Shown here in pieces: positions 36,543 through 46,981 of a stretch of DNA of 64,000 nucleotides (its first letter is position 1; each line of letters begins with the position of its first letter). The position numbers were made by a program, and so were the translations under genes. Origin of the DNA: Selaginella moellendorffii (taxonomy: Eukaryota; Plantae; Lycopodiophyta). The stretch is taken from the NCBI RefSeq assembly GCF_000143415.4, contig NW_003314290.1:496001-560000 (forward strand), in the 5' to 3' direction. The notes beneath the pieces were generated by a model. That model saw nothing but the letters and a program-made list of their open reading frames with translations. It searched no databases and had not been told where the DNA came from.

Positions 36543-37280
36543 ATGGGGAGGAGTTCCAGCTGCTTTAATCCGCTAGCTTTCAGCCGGTCTCGAGAGAGAA
36601 GGATCACTTCCAGCGATGGTTTGAAGATTGCTCAAGGGCCGGACAATGACCGAGCGGAGTTTGGTCTCGAGTTTGCAGAGTTTGGAGGAGGATGTTTTTG
36701 GGGGATGGAGCTCGCGTACCAGAGAGTGTATGGAGTGACCAAGACCGAGGCTGGATACTCGCAGGGAATTTTTCACAACCCGAGCTATCGGGATGTTTGC
36801 GATGGGATCACTGGCCACTGCGAAGTTGTGAGAGTGGTTTTCGACTCCAGCGTTTGTAGCTACGAGAAATTGGTGGAGGTTTTCTGGAAGATGCACGATC
36901 CAACGAGCATGTACCGCCAAGTAAGTTCCTTTTTCCTCTTTTTTTGGATCTATTTCTTAGCTCTTCGCTATATCTTTCTCGATCTTTGTGTTCTTCCCAT
37001 TTCTTATTGGATTGTTCTTTCTTTCCAGGGGAACGATGTTGGCACCCAGTACCGATCTGGAATTTACTTCTTCAACAAAGAACAGGAGAGAATTGCTCGG
37101 GAGTCGATGGAAAATCTCCAGCAGAAACTCGACGCTAAGATTGTCACCGAGATACTCCCGGCCAAGAAGTTTTACAAAGCGGAGCCATACCACCAACAGT
37201 ATCTGTCCAAAGGGGGCCGCTTTGGATTCAAGCAATCTACTGCCAAGAATTGCTCAGACGTGATCCGAGCCTATGGCTGA
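36543..37280 (+). CDS. MSRA: Peptide methionine sulfoxide reductase A, 2 exons (36543-36920, 37029-37280)
   Basis: GCFWG active site, GHCEVV, HDPT..RQGNDVGTQYRSGI after splicing, FYKAEPYHQQYL. Confidence 0.95.
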   Translation: MGRSSSCFNPLAFSRSRERRITSSDGLKIAQGPDNDRAEFGLEFAEFGGGCFWGMELAYQRVYGVTKTEAGYSQGIFHNPSYRDVCDGITGHCEVVRVVFDSSVCSYEKLVEVFWKMHDPTSMYRQVSSFFLFFWIYFLALRYIFLDLCVLPISYWIVLSFQGNDVGTQYRSGIYFFNKEQERIARESMENLQQKLDAKIVTEILPAKKFYKAEPYHQQYLSKGGRFGFKQSTAKNCSDVIRAYG

Positions 37281-37719
37281 AGCAAAAAGAGAGCTTTTTG
37301 TTTCTTCCTCCGGATTTTCCACAGCTTCTATAGGTAGTAAACATTGAGATCTATGAAAACGCAAGTTTTTCAAGCTTACTTTGTTGATGATCGCTCTGGA
37401 TCGTCTTCTAGAGGAAGCTTTTGTTCGCAATCCATGAAAGCTTCACTGATTTAAGCTTGCTTCTTCGATATCCGAGCAATCCAAAAACGTTTTTTTCCGC
37501 TTGGTAGTTCAGTCAAGTCTCTCTGCCAAAAAATCCACTTGGTGAGCGAAGAAACTCCCTGACATCCACGAAACTACTTGTTTATCTAAGGCCGAGTTCC
37601 AAGTCGTGTCGGCCTTTGACAAGTCCACGGCTTTGGAAGCTTCTCAAACACCGTAGAAGTCAACCTTGGCTGGATCTACTTGTGTCGGAGAGAATGTCGT
37701 GCCGTTGTCCAAGATCTTG

Positions 37720-40702
37720 TCAAGAATCCAGCAAAGTCGGCCGCCGCCCCTCGTGTTCTAGATCCTGCGTTTGATCCTCCCTTTCTTGCTTGTAAATGCT
37801 CTCCATTAGCACGTAAGCCGCAGAGTCTTCCTTGATCCCAAGCAGCGACTCATAAGCAGCCTTTCCGACCCCCAAGTTCTTCCATCTCTTGCAAGCTCCC
37901 AGCACCGTTCTCCACACCACATCGTTCGGTTCCACCTTCATCCTGGAAACCATCTCCATGGCTAGCTCCACTTTGTTTGCTCGTCCCAGCATGTCCACCA
38001 TACACACGTAGTGCTCCACCTCTGGAACAATCCCATACTTCGAGCTCATCTCCTCAAAGTAGTGCTTTCCTTGCTCCACCAGGCCGGCGTGGCTGCAAGC
38101 CGCGAGAATACTGATGAAAGTCACGCCGTTTGGAGCGATCCCATCGTCTTGCATCGCCTGGAAGAGCTCGAGCACCCGGTGAGCGTCACCCCCGCGGCTG
38201 TGAGCCGAGAGAAGCGCTGTCCAGGTGACCAGATCCAAGTCCCTCGCCACCACCGAGTCGAAGAGGAGCTGGGAGTTTGTCACGCTCCCACACTTTCCAT
38301 ACGCGTCCACCAGGCTTGCGACCAGAGAATTTTGGAGGCGATCGTTTCGGGAGATCTCCGCGTGTAGAAGCTTGACAGTCTCCACAGCCGCGGAAGTTCC
38401 ACAGGCCTTCAGCACGGCAACGTAGCTCAACGCATCCGGCTCGCAGTACTCCCCGCACTCTTTCCTCATTCTCTGGAATAGCTCCTCAGCGGAGCTTTCC
38501 TCCTGGTTGTCCGAGTAGCCGAGTATGAGCGTCGTCCACGAGACGACGTTGTAGAAAGCCATGGCGTCGAAGGCCCGGCGAGCTTCTCTCATGCTCCCAC
38601 ACTTCGCGTACATGTCCACCACCGAGTTTGCGAGGAAAATCTCCGAAAAGAAGCCAAAGTTGGCAGCCTCGCAGTGGAGCTCCCGGCCTCGTTCCAAGGA
38701 TCTCGCCACCGTCGCGGAGTTGGCTGTGGCTTTGGCTTTGGAGGCGAGGCTGGCACAGGCCTTGCATGCCGAGACGTAGCTCAGAGCGTCGGGTTCCAAC
38801 CCATTGCTGTGCATCGCCGAGAGAAGCTCCAAGGCCATCTCGGCCTCCCCATTTTCGACGTAGCAGAACATGAGTCCATTCCACAAGACAGTGTTCCAAG
38901 AGCCACTCTTGTCGAAGGCGATGCGAGCGTCGAGCAAGCTCCCACACCTCCCATACATGTCCATGACAGCGCTGGCCACCAAGAGCTGACGATCACAGCC
39001 ATATCCCACGGCTTTGGAGTGGACTATCATCCCTCTCTCCAGGGACTCGGACTTAACCATCATCATTTCCCCGAGCTCCATCACTGGCGATGCTTTCTCC
39101 GCGGCCGCAAGGCTCGTGCAAGCCTTGATCGCCGCCACGAAAGTGAGAGGATTCGGAGCACTGTTCTCGGGCCGGAGGAACACGAAGGCCTCGAGAGCAA
39201 GCTGAGCCTCGCCATTGTCGACGTAGCACAGCATCAGGGAGTTCCACAGCGCCACTTCTCTGTAGACCATCCTGTCGAAAACTCGCCGGGCATCCTCCAC
39301 GCTTCCACACCTCGAGTACATGTCGACGAGAGTGATCGCCACGGCCATATCTGTCTCGCACCGGCAGCTCACAACTCGAGAATGTAGAGCACAGCCTCGC
39401 TCCAAAGCCACCGCCTTCATCGATCTCCCGTCAACGAGCTTGCCTTCTTCTCTAGCTGCAAGGTTCGTGCAAGCCTTGATAGCAGCGACGCAGGCCACCG
39501 CATCAGGCTCGCAGCCATCCAGTGGAATCTCCGTAAAGAACTCAAGAGCGAGCTCTTCCTCCCCGTTCTCGGCATAGGCGAGCAGCATCGACGTCCACGA
39601 AACCAAGTCGTGCCGGGGCATTTTGTCGAAAACTCTACGAGCGTTGGAAGTACTCCCACACTTCACGTACATGAGCAGCAATGCACTCGCCACGAACAAG
39701 TTGGAGTCGAGGCCGAGCTTGGCTGCCTGCGAGTGGATTGCCACTCCTTTTCTCAAGCTTCGTTTCTTGATCACCCGGCCGTCGGCTGCTTGAGTAGCTT
39801 CTTCTTTCACTGCCACCTTCGCGCAGGCCTTGAGCGCCGCTACAAATGCCCGAGAGTTTGGAGCTCGGTTGGTCTGCTTCATCGTCAGAAAGAGCTCCAA
39901 GGCCAGCTCCGGCTGCCCGTTCTCCGCGCATCCCATCATCAGTGCCGACCAGGAAACGACGTTGTGCCGGGGCATTCTCGAAAAGTTGGCGTAGGCGTCG
40001 TCCAGACTTCCACAGCTCGCGTACATGTCCACCACCGTGCTTGCAAGAAATATATCCGAGGGACAGCCACTCGCCAAAGCCTGCGCGTGGATCTCCTGGC
40101 CTTTCTCAAGGGCTCTCTCTTTGAGAAACTGTCCGTTGATCTTCTTTCCTTCTTCTCTGACTGCGATGTTTGAGCAGGCCTTGAGTGCTGCGACGAAAGT
40201 TCTAGCATTTGGCGAGCACCCCGCCATCGCCATGCTTGCAAAGAGCTCCAAAACGAGCTCTCCCTCGTTTTGCTCGGCGTATCCCGTCAGAAGCGAGTTC
40301 CAAGTCACAACGTCCCGGTATGTCATGCCGTCGAAAACGTTCTTCGCGTCCACCAGGCTGCCACATTTTGCGAACATGCTGATCAAGCAGTTCGCGACGT
40401 AGAGATTTGAGGCTTCACCGGTTTCATTGGCTCTGGCGTGCACTGATCTTCCTCGTGTCAAGTCTTTCGCGATGCAGCACACTCTTAGCTGATCGAGAAG
40501 CTCGTAAATCCCAATCTTTGGTCTCAACTTGGTTGGTTTGTCCAAAGAACTTTGTTCTTCCTGCGGAATTAAACGATAGAGCCGGCATTCGCAGCTTGAA
40601 CAACGTGAATTTTACCTCGAGTGCGATCGAGAAAAAACGAGTGCGAGGTATCCAAGGTGAAGCCAGACGAGTGCCTGTTGCCAGCCTGAAGAGAAGGATC
40701 AT
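37720..40702 (-). CDS. PLS-class PPR protein with E domain (no DYW), 2 exons (40702-40616, 40560-37720)
   Basis: Repeated P-L-S triplets (MYAKCGS..DA..VFD..., VVSW..L...Y) and E-domain HYVCMVDMLGRA...WRTVLGAC. A 55-bp phase-0 intron adds an Arg-rich presequence MILLFRLATGTRLASPWIPRTRFFS. Confidence 0.92.
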
Positions 40703-40890
40703 CAGGCAAAGAAATGGCGCAAATGCAAACGAAATAGACAATGGGTGCACGAGTTTATACTCACCCAAGTCTTAAACAGTTTTCTTCACAGCATCCGCGT
40801 CCTGCCTTGATCCATAGACTCATGAACTGCAAAAGAAGAACCCTACTTAAAACCCAACAAGTTGAGAGAAAAAAACGAAGAACTTATACC

Positions 40891-43380
40891 TCAAGAAGCA
40901 CCACGACTTCTTCTCATGGTTTGTATCTTGGCACTCTCGTCCAGCATTTTAGCACCACTGTATATGTTGGCCAGGAGCACGTACGCCGTCGCGTCTCCCT
41001 CGTCGAGCTCCAGCAAAGACTCAAAGGCAATCCTCCCAACTTTTGCGTTGCTCCACTTCTGACAAGCCCCCAGAACTGCCCTCCACAGCGCTGGATCCGG
41101 CTTAAAAGGCATGCTTTTCACCATAGCCAGCGCCTCCTCCAAGTGGTTTGCTCGTCCCAGAAGATCCACCATGCACGTATAGTGCTCTCGAGCCGGAGAA
41201 AACTTCTCGCGCATGGCCTCGAAAATTTCCTTTCCCTTCTCCACAAGCCCGGCGTGAGTGCAAGCGTTGAGGACGTGAAGGAAAGTTATCTCGTTTGGCA
41301 GCACCTTTTCCTTCTCCATCCCTTCGAAGAGCTCGAAAGTTTTCGCCGTGTCTCCCTGGTGAGTGTACCCAGCTATCAAGGCATTCCAAGTGACCAAGCT
41401 CTTCGTACGAGCCTTGTCGAAAACCTCTTGAGCGCTCGCCATGGCCCCGCATTTCCCATAAAAATGGATCAACGAGTTCGTCACCATGATGTCGTCCTCG
41501 TATCCAGCCTCCCGGATCTCTTCGTGGGTCTTCCTCCCAACTTCCAGGGCCGCAAGGCCTCCGCAAGCCTTGATCGCAGCAATGTAATGCCGAGCACTCG
41601 GAACCACGCCACCTTTGGCCTTCATACGCTCGAAGAGCTCCAAGGCCGTGTCTTCTTTTCCGTTGTGAGCATACCCCGAGATAATTGCCTGCCAGGAAGC
41701 CGAGCTGTGCTGCTCCATCTCGTCAAAAACTTGCCTTGCATCCGCCATACAGCCACACTTGGCATAGAAATCCACCAAGGTGCTCGCCACATATACGTCT
41801 TTGTCGTGCCTGTTCTTCACGGCTTCCAAGTGAAGAGCTCTTCCTTTCTCCAAGCTCGTACCTTTGACGATCACTCCACCAGATTCTTTCCCTTCCTCTT
41901 TTCCTGCTAGAGCAGCGCACGCTGCGAGAGTAACCACCGTTGTCCGAGCGTCTGAAACGAAGCCTTGAGCCTTCATACTTTCGTAGAGCTCCATAGCCAC
42001 CTCTTCCTGTCCGCCTTGAGCGTAAGCCGCGATGATGGAGTTCCAGTGAACGACGTTGCGCTGACGAACTCTCTCAAACACCCGGCGAGCGTTTTCCAGG
42101 CTTCCACACTTGGCGTACATGTCCACCAAGCTTGCAGCGACGTAAATGTTGTTCTCACAGCCAGCCTTTGCCACTTGAGCGTGAATCGCCACCCCTTTCT
42201 CCAGCCACTTCTTCTGCCAATCCATCCTCTCGTCTTGAGAAGCTACGCTGCCGCAAGCTTTCACTGCCGCCACGAAGATCCTCGAGTCGGGTTTAAAGCC
42301 TTCGCGTAGCATCCGCGAGTAGAGCTCCAAACCGAGCTCGCCTTGGCCACTCGCGGCATAGCCGAGGATCATTGCGGTCCACGAGACGACGTCGTAGCGT
42401 TCCATCTTGTCGAAAACTTTGCGTGCGTCCGCCATGCTGCCACATTTCGCGTAGAAGTCCACCAGCGTGCTCGCGACGTAGAGATCACCTTCATGTCCTC
42501 GCTTTGCAAGCTCCAAGTGAATCTCTCTCCCTCTTTCCAGGCACTCGAGCTTGATCATCTTCTCGCCAACCAGCGTCCCTTCTTCTTTGGTGGCCAAGTC
42601 CGTGCAGGCCTTAAGCGCAGCGATGAAGATCCTCGAGTCGGGAACGAAGCCTTTGCGTTGCATGGCAGAGAAAAGCTCGAGTGCCTGTGCTCCATCACCG
42701 TTGGAAGCGTATCCCATGATGATCGCGTTCCATGAAACCACGCTGTGGAGCTTGATCCCATCGAAAACTCGCCGCGCCTCGGCCATGCTTCCACACTTCG
42801 CGTACATATCCACCAGCGTGTTGGCGACGTGAGTGTGTAGTTCTTGCTGGTTCTCGGCCACCTCCGAGTGAATCCTCCTCCCAGTTGTCAAGTCCTTGCT
42901 GCCAATGCACGACTTCAATGCCGCCAGGGACACGGACACCGGAGGAACTCTTCCATCTCTTCGCGCTCTCTCGTAGAGTTCTAGAGCTTCTGTTCTTCCC
43001 TCCACCTTGGTGATGATCGACGAGAGCGTCGCGGCGAGAGTGGCATTTTTCTGAGCAGCACCATCGCCGGAGCTTTGTTGATCATTTCTTTTGTACCGCG
43101 CCCTCGTCCCAGCTCCAGAAAATCCCTCCAAATTGCTGAGTTTGAGCTCTAGCCAGCACGAACTCCGGTCGATCCATAGCGCCTCTCCAGTGCTTTCGTG
43201 GACGAAATCTGGAGAGCTCGGCTCTTCCTACACAGAGAAGGAAAAAAGGGGCATTTGGCCTTCCATCCCTTGCACACCCACCTTGCATTGCCGGTAGTCC
43301 CGCCAGAGAGAAGGATCCTTGAAAAACCTCCGCCATCGCCAGCATTCGTCGTGGCTTTCTAGCCGCTGAACCGCTTTCAT
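40891..43380 (-). CDS. PLS-class PPR protein with E domain (no DYW), probably 2 exons (43380-43282, 43227-40891)
   Basis: 746-aa PPR ORF with an E domain (HYTCMVDLLGRA, WRAVLGAC, YVLLANIYS). A 54-bp phase-0 GT-AG intron links to ATG 43380; the start is less certain than the body. Confidence 0.9.
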
Positions 43381-43384
43381 CCAT

Positions 43385-43393
43385 AAACCCTAA
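43385..43393. promoter_or_regulatory. Telo-box next to the PPR start
   Basis: AAACCCTAA 5 bp from ATG 43380. Confidence 0.45.
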
Positions 43394-43471
43394 ACGCTAA
43401 CATCTGCATCTTTTCAAGAATATTCGTGCGCGGGATTAAGATTTTAAAGTTCAAACACTTCACAAACTCTT

Positions 43472-45402
43472 TCACTGTTCTTCCTCGTCCTCTTCGTTCT
43501 TCACCGGAGACTCTCCACCGCGATCTCCTCCCGCGCCATGGCTGCCATTCTCCATTGGGCTCGCCACTCTCCTCTTGGGCGATGGACTCTCGCGAGCATT
43601 CTCCTCCGGGGACAGGCTTCTCCGGCCCCTCGCCTCTGGCGACCAGCGTCGGGGATTGCCATCCGGGGACAAGCTGCCGCGGCCTCGAGCTCCCGGCGAG
43701 CGCTCCTCTCGGCGAGGATTTCTGTCCGGAGACAAGCTGCTGCGGTTTCGCGTCTCCATTGGCGATCGGCTGCGCGGGTTTCCATCCGGAGATGGGCTGC
43801 GGTGCCGTGGTGCTGGCGACCCGCGACGGCGTCCTTCCGGAGAACCTCTTGGTGGTGGTGATCCACGACGACGGTGGCCTTCCGGAGAGCCTCTTGGTGG
43901 TGGTGATCCACGACGACGGTGGCCATCCGGTGACAAGCTACGGCCTCTTGATGGTGGTGAACCGCGGCGGTGGCCTTCCGGAGACAAGCTGCGGCGTCTT
44001 GGTGGTGGTGACCTGCGAGCATTCCCATCTGGAGAGACGCTGCGCTTTCGTGCGGCAGGCGAGCGGCTTCTATCGTCTTTGACGGGACTCGCGCTGTACC
44101 TTCGACTCCGGCTATACTTTCTTCTCGGAGAGCGACTGCGAATAACAAGTTTGAGCGAAGAGGAGAAGAAAAGAGAGAACACCAACCTGGGCGATCTGCT
44201 ACGGCTTCTCCTACGTTCCATTGATCGAGAACGCGATCTAGAGTGCCTGTCAAGAGACAAACATAATTGTAATCAGCGATGAACGAGACTCTCGGCTAAA
44301 GTTTTTCTCGAGACACCTGCTAAACGAGCGTGGACTGTTGCGGCAGTTCCTCTCGATATGACCACGCTGCCCGCAGCGGTAGCACTTGTCCTTCCAATCA
44401 CCAGCTCTGCAGTCTCGAGCCCAGTGACCATCGTTCCCACAGTTGTAACACCTTCCAGTTCCTGGAGGCGGGCCTCTCAAGGGCTCGCGCTCCCTCCTGA
44501 TGCTTCCACCACCACTACCACCACTGCCGCTGCGAGGACCCTGTCAAACAGAGACATCCAAAAAGAACTGTGAGAAATTCCTGTAAAACTAGTAAAGGAA
44601 TGGAAATACCCTTCTCGCAAACTCGACGATCATGCGGTGTCCCTCGAAGTCCCGTCCGTTGAGATAATGCCTCGCCTCATCAGCATCCCGGGGATCGCTG
44701 AATTCCTGTAGCGAAACTCGAAAGAGAGAAATGAATAGAAAAAGAAAACAAAGAGCGAGCAAAAGAGAGAAAAGAAAGAGTTTCTACGTACAACAAAGGC
44801 GAAGTCGTGCTTGACATCCACTTCTCGGACTCTGCGGAAAGGCGCGCAACAAAACAACCAATCGTCATGGCACCTCGGTCAGCTGAAGTTAAAAGCACCC
44901 CGGGCATTCCATCCAAAGAGACAATGAAAGAGAGAGAACTCCTAGAGATGGATGCGCCATGAACTTTTTTTCCCCTTCCGACGAGCATCAAAAGCCACTC
45001 TCTAACATCATCACGGGCCTCCACCAGACTTGGGACGAGAAAACCCACCAAAAACCTTCAACAAAACGAAATGAAAATGAATGAAAGTTAACACTAGAGC
45101 TAGAGACGAACGAAACGAAATGGTTTTCTCTTTCCATCTCACTTCCACTTCTCCAATCCAGGGATTGGCAATACACATCCCCCAATCCCGTGGAGCTGCG
45201 AACTGCGAATCTAGCAGCGAAGATGCCTCTACTCTCAATTCCCCCCCACGAAATCCAGCACAAATTTCTACCTCGCAGGAACGAAAGGAGAGAGATCTTA
45301 CCTCCCGTATTTGCTGAAAATCGCCTCGAGGTCGCGGCTGCGCGTCCGCGTGGAGAGGCGACCGACGTAGAGGCGCGTCTGGCCATCGTCGTAGCGCGGC
45401 AT
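43472..45402 (-). CDS. RS2Z: SR splicing factor, RS2Z subfamily (RRM, two CCHC knuckles, RS/SP domain), 6 exons
   Basis: [16 protein letters not shown] (RNP2), [28 protein letters not shown] and [16 protein letters not shown]-rich tail; 470-bp first intron 44832-45301. Confidence 0.95.
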
Positions 45403-45569
45403 CTCCCCGTCTTCCCTTCTAGGGCTAGGGCTCTTCCCTAAAGACCCATTACCGTTGGATGTCCAAATCCAGTCCAACGGTCTTGATCGCACGAGAAACT
45501 TGACCACCATTGACTAATGCGGTCAATCTACTTGGTCAACCTTTCCAATAGGGCTCGTTGTTCCAGGAA

Positions 45570-46891
45570 ATGGCCGCATTGTCTTACCGGATGCTTGGAG
45601 GGCTTCAAGAGCTCGCTGGAACACCAACTTACAAGGTATGAAAGGAAAAGCAAAGGAAACGAGGAGGGACGAGTTTAGAGCTTACAGGCATGGCTGCTGG
45701 ATCAATTTGGAGTGCTCCACGATGGAAGAAAGCCATACCCAGGCGCCATTGCTACTCGTAAAACATCTCTCCAAGTTCTTCTCGATCTCTTTCCATTCGC
45801 TCGCTAAATTCCCCGAGCTTGAATCTTTTCGTCCTGGTTTGCTTAATCCATTCTCGAAGCTCCAAAGCTCGATACTATACCATTCTTTGTTCTTCTTGTT
45901 CCTCCATGGCTGAGAGTGCAAAGTTTGCTTTCTCTTTCGCAGTGGAGTGCCTGGCTTCCACCGGCGCAAAGCTCCTCCTGCTCAGCAACTCGTCCCGGCG
46001 ATCCGAGGTGACCAAGAACAAGATGAGCGAGTTGGGCTTTGATCCGGGCCTGTTTGCTGGAATCATCACCAGCGGAGAATTAACTCACGACCACCTCCTC
46101 ATGTGAGCTTCTTTCCTGCCCCTGTTGCTGGATCATCTGTCACTGTTTTGCCGCTCTCTTGTTGCAGGAGACGAGACCCTTGGTTTGCTCGGCTCGGAAA
46201 GCGATGCTTACACATGACATGGAGCGCTCGGGGTGCTATATCACTCGAGGTCTGGTCTTCCCAAGTTTGATAGTCGTAAGCTCGCTGGTTGCAGGAGTTG
46301 GATCTGGAAGTCGTAGAGAAGCCCGAGCTTGCCGACTTCATTCTCGTGCATGGGACCGAGGCACTGGGAACGTCGCACGGGAGTCCTAAGCCAGCAACCT
46401 TAGAGCAGCTTCGCGAGTTCCTGGAGGTTGGAATGAAGTATAATCTCCCCATGATAGTTGCCAATCCGGACGTTGTCACAGTGGAAGCCAGGGAGCTCCG
46501 AGCGATGCCTGGTAAAAGTTCCTGCTGCTGGCTCTTCTCTCAGCTTGTAGTAACCCGTGCTCGTTGTCCAGGAATGCTGGGCCTCGAGTACGAGAAGCTC
46601 GGCGGCGACGTCAGATGGATGGGAAAGCCCGACCCGGTTATCTACCGTGCTGCTCAAACGATTGCCAACGTCGCGCCTTCGTGCTGCATTGCCGTTGGGG
46701 ACTCGTTGGCGCACGATATAAAAGGAGCACAGGCCGCTGGAATACAGTCTGTGTTTGTAGCAGCTGGAATTCATGCTGGTGAGTTGCAAATTGAAAACAT
46801 AGGTGACAAACCATCTCCAGACGCGCTGAAGTCTGTTTTGCACAATCACGGATCGGATCCGTCGTATGTTATTCCGATGTTTTCCTGGTAA
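45570..46891 (+). CDS. HAD-superfamily subfamily IIA hydrolase, about 6 exons
   Basis: Motif I WLLDQFGVLHDG, LLSNSSR, IITSGE, ANPD, MGKP, motif IV VGDSLAHDIKGA. Confidence 0.92.
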
Positions 46892-46981
46892 TAAAATAAC
46901 ACTGTTTTTCTTGCTGGAAGTTTCTGTTTCGACATTAAACAAGGAAAAAAACCAATATACAATGATGTTACCTGATCAGGT

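Noticed and set aside
40741-41910. 389-aa plus-strand ORF (and others at 38011-40775)
   Set aside because: Antisense shadows of the PPR genes.
43426-44282. Overlapping 218-250 aa ORFs
   Set aside because: Alternative frames of the repetitive RS2Z tail.
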